The notes under the pieces are model-generated. The model ran no database searches. It was not told the origin of the DNA and saw only the letters and a program-made list of their open reading frames with translations. Position numbers and translations under genes: made by a program. A stretch of DNA of 64,000 nt from a virus: positions 64,678-128,677 of IMG/VR virus record IMGVR_UViG_3300008963_000001; one strand, given 5' to 3'. Positions within the stretch are counted from its first letter, which is position 1; each line of letters begins with the position of its first letter. Below are positions 56,572 to 64,000 of the stretch, in pieces.

Positions 56572-59500
56572 ATGGCATTACAATCACCGGGCGTAGAAGT
56601 TAACGTCATTGATGAAAGTTTTTACACCCCAGCGGCACCAGGAACAACACCACTTATTGTTGTTGCAACTGGTGAAAACAAAACCAACGGCGCTGGGACA
56701 GGAGTTGCACAAGGTACGCTGAAATCAGCGGCCGGCAACGCATTTAGAGTTACAAGTCAGAGAGAACTAGTAGATCTGTTTGGTGCACCTTTCTTTGAAA
56801 AGTCACCGAGCGGAACACCAATACACGGTTCCGAAAGAAACGAATACGGACTTCTAGCAGCTTACAGCATGCTAGGAGTTATCAACTCTGCATTTATTGT
56901 TCGTGCAGATGTTGACCTAAACGCATTAGAAGGACAAGCAGAAGCTCCGGGAGCGAATCCGGACGATGGGACATGGTGGGTTGACACACGAGCCACACGC
57001 TACGGCATTCAAGAGTGGAGCGGCGCACCTATCAGCGTAACAGGCGGACAAAAGTTTGCAAACAAAGTTCCAACAGTTCTAACTGATGCAGACGCTAACA
57101 AAATTGAACCTTCCAGCTATGGCCGCAGACCAAAAGCAGGTGTGGGTTCAATCGGTGATTATGCTGTTGTGTTTGAAACAGTTGATGGCGGCGACAGCTT
57201 TGCCGCAAACAGAGAAAATGCCAGAGTTTATTACAAGAGTGCAGGCAATACAGAAGCAGGCGTGGCCGCAGGCGAATGGGTATTAGTTGGTTCGCCGCAG
57301 TGGCGTGCAAGCTGGCCGATCGTAGAAGGTTCGGGTGTAGTAACAGGCACACTAACTGCAGATTCATTTACTATAAACGGCCAAAATGTTGATATTAACG
57401 GCGGCGACTCACTCGACAACGTTGTAGCAACTATCAATAGTAATAATGTTCCTGGTATAACAGCAAAGAATGTTAATTCTGTACTAAAATTATACTATGA
57501 CGGCGCACAAGAAAGCGGCAATGCTATTACACTTGCTGGAACTGGCCTAGAAGCCCTAAATCTAACAGCAGGCACATACAACGGTGTAGAACTTGTTCAA
57601 GCACCACACACAAGTGTACCGGCCTGGAAAGTGAACGACGAAGATCGCCCAACAGGATCTGTTTGGATTAAAACAACTGATCCTAATCTTGGTGCACGCT
57701 GGAGAATTAAACGCTGGAGCAGTGAGACAACATCCTGGGTAGAGTTTGATGCACCATTGTATGCATCGACACACAGCGCTCTGTTTGGACTAGATCGCGC
57801 AGGCGGTGGCGCTAACATTCCAACTGATAGTTTATTTGTTCAAACAAATGCAAATTACAACGACGGTTATGATGCTACTCCGTCTACTGCAACGTTTAGA
57901 GTGTTTTATAGGAATTCAACAGGAAACACCTTAGCAACTTCAACAATAATTGAAGCCAATACTTTTACAGCAGGAACTAATACTTTTTCGCTTAGAGAAA
58001 GTTCAAACGGCGAGCAAACGCTAAGTGATATTGTAAACATTAGTTTCCAAGCTTCCGGCGGCGCAGATGATGCATTTACTATTGCTGGAGCAATAAATGC
58101 CGCAGGCTTAACACACGTTGAGGCAGGTGTTACTGACGACAATAGACTTACTATTACACATAAACAAGGCGGTGATATACGTGTAATTGACGATACAGCA
58201 AGTATTGCTAACATCTTTGTTCCGTTTTCGATAGACGACAGATCAGGCACTGCAAACTTTTACCAGCTACCGCAGGGCGCTGCAGAAGATTCAAGCGGCC
58301 AAACAGTGTATTTGATTTCTAACTGGAAACCGCTTGCAGCAGATGACTTCCAAGCAAGCCCAGATGATCCTACAAATGAACCAGCAGACGGGCAGCTGTG
58401 GTATAATCCAGAGTTTACCGATGTAGACATAATGTATCACAACGGAACTACTTGGGTAGGTTATCGCTACGACGGCTCTGATGTTGTTAACTTTGGAACA
58501 GCGGCATTTCCAAACACAGATCCAAACGGACCTCAGGTGCAGTCTGACGCACCCACAGTCCAAAGCACAGGCGATGCACTAGTAGATGGAGATCTATGGA
58601 TTAACACTTCAAATATCGACGCATTCCCAGATGTTTACCGTTGGAACGGCGATCTACTTGAATGGGTACAACTAGATACAACCGATCAGGTTACAGAAGA
58701 TGGTGTTTTATTTGCTGATGCACGCTATGGCACAACCGGTGCTACAGGTAATACAGCAGCATCAATTAGAGATCTATTAACTTCTAACTTCTTAGATCCA
58801 GATGCACCTGATCCAGCACTGTATCCAAGAGGTATGCTGTTGTTTAACACACGCCGAAGCGGCGGTAACGTAAAAGTCTACAGAAACAATTATATTGATA
58901 CTTCTGCAGACAACACACGTCAAAACGACGAAAGCATGACTGCTTATGCAACCGATCGCTGGACAACAGCTTCGCCAAACCAAGAGGACGGTAGAGGCAG
59001 CTTTGGTAGATTTGCACAGCGCATTGTTGTAACGCAAGCACTTAAGAGCGTTGTAGATACTAGTCAGCAGATACGCGATACTGAAAGAAGAAACTTCAAT
59101 CTTATTGCATGTCCTGGCTATACAGAGCTAATGAGCAATCTTGTAAATCTCAATATCAGCAGAGGTTTAACAGCTTTTGTGATTGGTGATACACCACTGA
59201 GACTTCCAGATGATGCTACAAGCATAAGCTCATATGCTACTAATGAAAACCTAGTAGTAGACAACAGCGAAGAAGGCCTTGTAACATTTGACGAGTATCT
59301 AGGTATGTTCTATCCAAACGGATTCACAACAGACCTAAGTGGCACTAATGTTGTTGTTCCTGCATCGCACATGATGCTAAGAACAATTGCACTTAGCGAC
59401 AATGTATCGTTTCCGTGGTTTGCACCAGCGGGCACACGACGCGGCGGCATCACAAATGCTACAGCAGTAGGCTACATTGATGCAGAAACAGGCGAGTTCC

Positions 59501-59940
59501 AAACAATTGCTCTAAATGAAGGGCAAAGAGACACGCTCTATAACAACAAGATCAACCCGATTCCGTTCTTTGTAGGTGTAGGACTTGTCAACTACGGTCA
59601 AAAAACACGCGCAAGAAATGCAAGCGCACTAGACAGAATAAATGTTGTGCGCTTGGTAGCATACTTGCGTGGACAGCTTGATAGACTTGCTCGTCCGTAT
59701 GTGTTCGAACCAAATGATCAGATCACAAGAGACGAAATAAGACAGGCAGTTGAAAGCTTGTTGCTCGAACTAGTTGGATTAAGAGCAATCGGCGACTTTG
59801 CTGTGGTGTGTGACGAAACAAACAACACACCTGCAAGAGTAGATAGAAACGAACTGTATGTAGACATTGCTATTGAGCCAATCAAAGCAGTTGAATTTAT
59901 ATACATTCCGCTGCGTGTTCAGAACACAGGAGAAATTTAA
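56572..59940 (+). CDS. gp18: Tail sheath protein (gp18-like), enlarged by internal domains
   Basis: ALQSPGVEV, SQRELVDLFG.P, WFAPAGTRRG, QRDTLYNNKINPI, RINVVRL, PIKAVEFIYI. TAAATA 56535-56540 and SD CAGGAG upstream. Confidence 0.92.
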   Translation: MALQSPGVEVNVIDESFYTPAAPGTTPLIVVATGENKTNGAGTGVAQGTLKSAAGNAFRVTSQRELVDLFGAPFFEKSPSGTPIHGSERNEYGLLAAYSMLGVINSAFIVRADVDLNALEGQAEAPGANPDDGTWWVDTRATRYGIQEWSGAPISVTGGQKFANKVPTVLTDADANKIEPSSYGRRPKAGVGSIGDYAVVFETVDGGDSFAANRENARVYYKSAGNTEAGVAAGEWVLVGSPQWRASWPIVEGSGVVTGTLTADSFTINGQNVDINGGDSLDNVVATINSNNVPGITAKNVNSVLKLYYDGAQESGNAITLAGTGLEALNLTAGTYNGVELVQAPHTSVPAWKVNDEDRPTGSVWIKTTDPNLGARWRIKRWSSETTSWVEFDAPLYASTHSALFGLDRAGGGANIPTDSLFVQTNANYNDGYDATPSTATFRVFYRNSTGNTLATSTIIEANTFTAGTNTFSLRESSNGEQTLSDIVNISFQASGGADDAFTIAGAINAAGLTHVEAGVTDDNRLTITHKQGGDIRVIDDTASIANIFVPFSIDDRSGTANFYQLPQGAAEDSSGQTVYLISNWKPLAADDFQASPDDPTNEPADGQLWYNPEFTDVDIMYHNGTTWVGYRYDGSDVVNFGTAAFPNTDPNGPQVQSDAPTVQSTGDALVDGDLWINTSNIDAFPDVYRWNGDLLEWVQLDTTDQVTEDGVLFADARYGTTGATGNTAASIRDLLTSNFLDPDAPDPALYPRGMLLFNTRRSGGNVKVYRNNYIDTSADNTRQNDESMTAYATDRWTTASPNQEDGRGSFGRFAQRIVVTQALKSVVDTSQQIRDTERRNFNLIACPGYTELMSNLVNLNISRGLTAFVIGDTPLRLPDDATSISSYATNENLVVDNSEEGLVTFDEYLGMFYPNGFTTDLSGTNVVVPASHMMLRTIALSDNVSFPWFAPAGTRRGGITNATAVGYIDAETGEFQTIALNEGQRDTLYNNKINPIPFFVGVGLVNYGQKTRARNASALDRINVVRLVAYLRGQLDRLARPYVFEPNDQITRDEIRQAVESLLLELVGLRAIGDFAVVCDETNNTPARVDRNELYVDIAIEPIKAVEFIYIPLRVQNTGEI

Positions 59941-59942
59941 AA

Positions 59943-60584
59943 ATGCCAATTACTTCACTTAACAATTTAGGTGTTCCAACCGACGGCGGCAACCAAGTTC
60001 TGTTAATGCCAAAACTGCGCTATCGCTTTAGGGTCATCCTTACAAGTTTTGGTGCAGAAGCATCTACAGAACTAACCAAGCAGGTTGCAGATGTAACAAG
60101 GCCAACGGTTAACTTCGAAGAGATGGAACTGCATGTTTATAACTCTAGAGTTTATCTTGCAGGCAAGCAACAGCTTGAAACTATCACGCTTACACTGCGT
60201 GACGACGCAACCGGCCTAGTACAAAAGCTTGTTGGTCAACAGCTACAGAAACAATTCGACTTTGTAGAGCAGGCTTCGGCTAGAAGTGGCATTGACTACA
60301 AGTTTACCACAAGAATCGAAATGTTAGACGGTGGCAACGGTGCTAATACACCAAACGTACTCGAAACATTTAATCTGTATGGTTGCTTCTTACAGAATGT
60401 TAACTATAACGAGTTAGCATATGATTCTAACGAACCAGCCACGGTTGCACTTACCATACGCTTCGATAACCTCGAGCAGTATGCTGCAGGCGAATCGGAA
60501 GTTTCGGCAGTAGGCGGTATAGGTGCAGCAGTAGGAAGAGCTATTGCAAGCGAGGCCGCAACAGGCGCGGGTTCTGTAGAATAA
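59943..60584 (+). CDS. gp19: Tail tube protein (gp19-like)
   Basis: LMPKLRYRFRV, RPTVNFEE, YLAGK, TLRDD, GCFLQNVNY..L.Y; follows the sheath gene. Confidence 0.85.
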   Translation: MPITSLNNLGVPTDGGNQVLLMPKLRYRFRVILTSFGAEASTELTKQVADVTRPTVNFEEMELHVYNSRVYLAGKQQLETITLTLRDDATGLVQKLVGQQLQKQFDFVEQASARSGIDYKFTTRIEMLDGGNGANTPNVLETFNLYGCFLQNVNYNELAYDSNEPATVALTIRFDNLEQYAAGESEVSAVGGIGAAVGRAIASEAATGAGSVE

Positions 60585-60605
60585 AAATACACCCTAGGCC
60601 AAGCC

Positions 60606-60634
60606 AAAAGCCCAGAATAAACTGGGCTTTTTTT
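60606..60634 (+). terminator. Rho-independent terminator after the tail tube gene
   Basis: AAAAGCCCAG-AATAAA-CTGGGCTTTT plus T tract. Confidence 0.85.
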
Positions 60635-60650
60635 ATGGATAAATATTAGT

Positions 60651-61739
60651 ATGGCAAATAAATTCACAAGGTTCCTTTCGGGCCTAGGCAAAGGCATAGT
60701 CAGTCCAAGAGGTACACCCAGTACCTACCAGCATGCCGCAAGGTTGTATCTAGACGACAATTTTAGACTGTCGCCGCGCACAAAATTTAATTATTTTGTA
60801 AAATTTGAACTAGATCCTACTGCAATCAAAGCACCACAATTTGATCGTGGAAAAATAGAAGAAGCAGGCTTGCTTGTAAAAAACCTGCAACTGCCTAGTT
60901 TTAGTTTTGATACTGTCACTAAAAATCAATATAATAGAAAGAAAATACTCTACAAAATGATCAGTTATGATGCTCTTAATCTAAGTTTTCATGACGACAG
61001 TGACGGTGTAGCAAATGCCCTGTGGGCAATTTATTATGGTTACTATATTGCAGATAGAAATTTGCCAGCGTCTGCATATAATGCTACCAAATACACACCG
61101 GTATCTAAAGAAGAAAACCTCAGCTATAGATACGGTTTAGACAATAACATAGGTGCACCCTTGTTTAGGAAGATACATCTATATACAATGAGTAGGCAAC
61201 GGTTTTTGAGTTATACGCTCGTTAATCCTAAAATAACCAAATGGAGCCACAGTGACATGGATTATTCTCTGTCAGAGCCTGCACAGAATCAAATGACTGT
61301 AGAGTTTGAAGCAGTGCAATACGGCGGCGGCAGAGTTGATTTTAATAATCCTCCAGGATTTGCTAATTTACATTACGATTCTGCTCCATCACCGCTCAGT
61401 GTTGCAGGCGGCGGTGTTGCATCACTAACGGGTGCAGGCGGCGTGTTAGACGGAATGGAACAGATATTCGGTGCAGTGGGGGACGGAACTGCGTTTAGTA
61501 GTCCTCAAAGTGCAATCGGAACAATAGCGAAAAGTATTAATACTTACGAAAATCTCAAAGATCTTGACAGCGATAGTCTTGCCCAGGAAGCAATAGGAAT
61601 TTTATCTAGTCCGCAGGGGATCGAAACAATATCTAATACAATAACAGGTGTTGCCGGAGCTGTGTTTCCTAAAGGTAATACAGAAGAGCCTACAACAACT
61701 GCAACTCAAAAGAGAGTTGCACCGCCGGGGATACAGTAA
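60651..61739 (+). CDS. Tube-fold baseplate protein (gp54/gp48-like tube initiator)
   Basis: VKNLQLPSF...NQYNRKK...LSFHDD...LVNPKIT.W. TAAATA (60640-60645)-ttagt-ATG. Confidence 0.55.
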   Translation: MANKFTRFLSGLGKGIVSPRGTPSTYQHAARLYLDDNFRLSPRTKFNYFVKFELDPTAIKAPQFDRGKIEEAGLLVKNLQLPSFSFDTVTKNQYNRKKILYKMISYDALNLSFHDDSDGVANALWAIYYGYYIADRNLPASAYNATKYTPVSKEENLSYRYGLDNNIGAPLFRKIHLYTMSRQRFLSYTLVNPKITKWSHSDMDYSLSEPAQNQMTVEFEAVQYGGGRVDFNNPPGFANLHYDSAPSPLSVAGGGVASLTGAGGVLDGMEQIFGAVGDGTAFSSPQSAIGTIAKSINTYENLKDLDSDSLAQEAIGILSSPQGIETISNTITGVAGAVFPKGNTEEPTTTATQKRVAPPGIQ

Positions 61740-62105
61740 ATGCCAACCAATTTACCTCCACAAGAGTTTAATGATTCAGCTGACGGTACACGCTTATTTT
61801 TTGATAGATATGGCGTAGAGCCTAATCAATATAGAGCTGTAGACATTGACGCGGCAGTGAGCTTTTTTGAAAGTGCTGGGTTTGATCGAGAAGCTGCCGT
61901 TGTAAGTGCAATTACAATTCTACAACAGGCAAAACGCGAAGGCAGTAATGTTTTTACTATTCTAGACAGCCTACAAAAGTTAGACTCTGTGAGATTGAGT
62001 CAGCTCGTTGCAGAAATACTTAACAACAACAGAGTGCCTACATCTGCGCTGGGTTATAGAGCTCAAATTACATCAGACATTAAATCGAGAGAAATAGGTG
62101 CGTAA
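61740..62105 (+). CDS. Hypothetical protein
   Basis: 121-aa ORF coupled to both neighbours. Confidence 0.65.
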   Translation: MPTNLPPQEFNDSADGTRLFFDRYGVEPNQYRAVDIDAAVSFFESAGFDREAAVVSAITILQQAKREGSNVFTILDSLQKLDSVRLSQLVAEILNNNRVPTSALGYRAQITSDIKSREIGA

Positions 62106-62545
62106 TGCCTAAGTTTGCACAGGGTCGATTTGAACCAAAAAACCCCGACAAGTATGTGGGAACACGGAAACCACATGCTAGAAGCAGTTGGGAATTTGTG
62201 TTCATGAAAATGCTGGACGAACATCCAGGAGTAGAAAGCTGGGCAAGCGAAAGTGTGCAAATACCTTATAGAGATCCACTTACTGGCAAATCGACTATAT
62301 ATGTGCCAGATTTTTTTGTGGTGTACAAAAACAGAAGTGGTGCTAAAAAAGCCGAACTTGTAGAAGTTAAACCCAGTAACCAGACACTGAGAGAACGTGT
62401 AGGAAAAAGCAGATACAATCAAGAACAGTATGTCAAAAACCTCGCCAAATGGGAGGCCGCCAGTGCATGGTGTAAACAACAGGGTATTAAATTTCGTGTT
62501 ATAAATGAAGGTGATATTTTCCACCAAGGCGGAAAAAGAAAATAA
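62105..62545 (+). CDS. gp4: Head completion nuclease (T4 gp4-like, TnsA-type)
   Basis: RSSWEFVFM...WASE...IPY.DP...YVPDF...VEVKP...KWEAA..WC...F.VI.E. Confidence 0.85.
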   Translation: MPKFAQGRFEPKNPDKYVGTRKPHARSSWEFVFMKMLDEHPGVESWASESVQIPYRDPLTGKSTIYVPDFFVVYKNRSGAKKAELVEVKPSNQTLRERVGKSRYNQEQYVKNLAKWEAASAWCKQQGIKFRVINEGDIFHQGGKRK

Positions 62546-62553
62546 GTAATATT

Positions 62554-63048
62554 ATGACAAAGAAATTAGAAGAACTTTGGGATTTAGACAGCAAAGAAGA
62601 AGCTGGAAAAGACGAATCTCCTGCGGAGGAAGTGCCAGAACCTACACACGAACAGGTTAAGAGTCTGGACGATAGTTATAAAGCGGTACAAGAAATTACT
62701 AGAGACTTGCCCGCAGTAAGCGAATTAGACACTATCGACGATACAGAACTTGATCATCTCGCCTCCAAAGCAGAACAGGCATATGATGACTTAATGGACC
62801 TGGGAATGAATGTAGAAGTTCGCTACAGTGGTAGAATATTCGAAGTAGCAAGCTCGATGATGAAAAATGCAATTGACGCCAAAACTGCTAAGGTAGATAA
62901 AAAACTTAAAGCAGTAGACGCTAAACTTAAAAAATACAAAATTGATAAAGATAACGCCACCGAAGGCGACGGCGATGTAATCAGCGGCGAAGGTTATGTT
63001 GTAACAGATCGCAACGAATTGCTTAAGAAATTAGGCGGAAAGGAATAA
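62554..63048 (+). CDS. Acidic helical protein, possibly terminase small subunit-like
   Basis: TAAGTA-atatt-ATG; DDLMDLGMNVE..Y.GRIFEVA motif; position near the head-completion gene. Assignment weak. Confidence 0.35.
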   Translation: MTKKLEELWDLDSKEEAGKDESPAEEVPEPTHEQVKSLDDSYKAVQEITRDLPAVSELDTIDDTELDHLASKAEQAYDDLMDLGMNVEVRYSGRIFEVASSMMKNAIDAKTAKVDKKLKAVDAKLKKYKIDKDNATEGDGDVISGEGYVVTDRNELLKKLGGKE

Positions 63049-63056
63049 ATACTACT

Positions 63057-63626
63057 ATGAAAACTTTCAAAGAATATCTTGCGGAGAGCAAAAAATATTA
63101 CTCTTTTAAGGTCAAAGTTGCTGGCGATTTGCCAGAAAAATTTAAAGAAAACCTTAACAGTAGGTTAGAGAAGTATAGTGTTGCCACACTAGAACAGACT
63201 GGCAAAACTCCTATACAGAAACTTCCGCATGATTTTCCAGAAATGGAAAATTCCGAAGTTACAATGTTCGAAGTAGTAACAGAGTATCCTCTCAATGGAC
63301 CTCAGCTAGAAACCGAATTACGCGACATGGGTATAGAACGCAACAGATACAAAGTTAGAACAGCAGGACAGGAAGCAGATATAGAAATTGCCGATGAAGA
63401 TTCTAATCTAACTGACGGTGCCCTGCTTGACGATCCCGAGTACAAAGAAGCAGAGGGCGTTAAGGCAGAAGATTACTATGGTGACGAATTTAACACCAAT
63501 TTTTTAAAAGATTTACAAAAAACAGCCGAAGAGCGCAAAAAAGAATTAGAACAAAATAACAATGCCGACGTTTACGACCGCAAAATAGAAAGTGTTGCTG
63601 GCGATTCTCCGGTTGGGAGCAAATAA
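63057..63626 (+). CDS. Acidic protein with capsid-targeting-like N-terminus (putative internal head protein)
   Basis: MKTFKEYLAE; TAAATA (63046-63051)-ctact-ATG. Confidence 0.6.
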   Translation: MKTFKEYLAESKKYYSFKVKVAGDLPEKFKENLNSRLEKYSVATLEQTGKTPIQKLPHDFPEMENSEVTMFEVVTEYPLNGPQLETELRDMGIERNRYKVRTAGQEADIEIADEDSNLTDGALLDDPEYKEAEGVKAEDYYGDEFNTNFLKDLQKTAEERKKELEQNNNADVYDRKIESVAGDSPVGSK

Positions 63627-64000
63627 TGGATTTACATGATTTAATCAACAAACTAGACAACATAGACAGGTCTGTAGTAAACGAAGACTCAATGGCAGTT
63701 GACGTACCACAACAGGCACCGGCGCCTGTTCCAGAACCCAAGCCAAGCATGAGTGTTAACATGAATGCAACGGGAGCAGAAGGCATGGCTGAACTGTTAA
63801 ATCTTATTTCGTCTATAAGCGCACCCAAGGCAACGGATACAGAAGTTATTGCATTGCCCGACGAAGAAGAGACAGAAGAAGCGTATGCTAATGCACCTGA
63901 GCCGGAAGAAAAAGACATTGACTATATGACTAATAAGCTTGCAGGCGGGATGAACAAGCCGAAAAAAACATATGATATTGTCTCAAAAGGGGATAACCCA
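63626..64000 (+). CDS. Hypothetical acidic protein, truncated by the window end
   Basis: Manual translation MDLHDLINKLDNIDRSVVNEDSM...AYANAPEPEEKDIDYMTNKLAGGMNKPK...; TAATG overlap with the upstream gene. Confidence 0.65.
   Translation, partial: MDLHDLINKLDNIDRSVVNEDSMAVDVPQQAPAPVPEPKPSMSVNMNATGAEGMAELLNLISSISAPKATDTEVIALPDEEETEEAYANAPEPEEKDIDYMTNKLAGGMNKPKKTYDIVSKGDNP

Noticed and set aside
1-64000. Prophage or cellular origin of the window
   Set aside because: No integrase, att-like context, rRNA or housekeeping genes; gene content and TAAATA late boxes fit a lytic T4-superfamily phage. Host and exact taxonomy cannot be determined from this window.

Overview
A 64-kb slice of a large, T4-superfamily-like myovirus genome, almost entirely the virion morphogenesis region. 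No rRNA, tRNA, integrase, CRISPR or housekeeping cell genes were seen. Order of contents: the 3' end of a gp46/Rad50-like ATPase; a GIY-YIG nuclease; a ~530-nt ORF-free, highly base-paired segment (candidate large ncRNA); a gp26/gp51-like gene pair joined by a T-TTT-TTC slippery site, divergent from a tape-measure-like gene; the head module (portal, a sialyltransferase/Maf-like gene, acidic core protein, protease, scaffold, major capsid). As given, the major capsid gene carries a nonsense codon and a 1-nt deletion, most likely sequence errors. Next comes a ~24-kb baseplate/fiber/adhesin block ending in three glycine-rich paralogs. It is followed by an AT-rich cassette of 12 2OG-Fe(II)/JmjC-type dioxygenases and 2 flavin-dependent halogenases, both arms headed by late-type TAAATA boxes. 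The window ends with a double-cupredoxin repeat protein, neck genes, dNMP kinase, tail sheath/tube, head-completion nuclease and putative internal head proteins. Best leads: (1) the large structured RNA next to the GIY-YIG gene; (2) the apparently late-expressed oxygenase/halogenase cassette as a possible virion-protein tailoring system; (3) a G/G-T-type -1 frameshift; (4) a TAAATA-N5-ATG architecture suggesting leaderless late mRNAs. All family assignments come from motifs read by eye; no database searches or folding programs were run.
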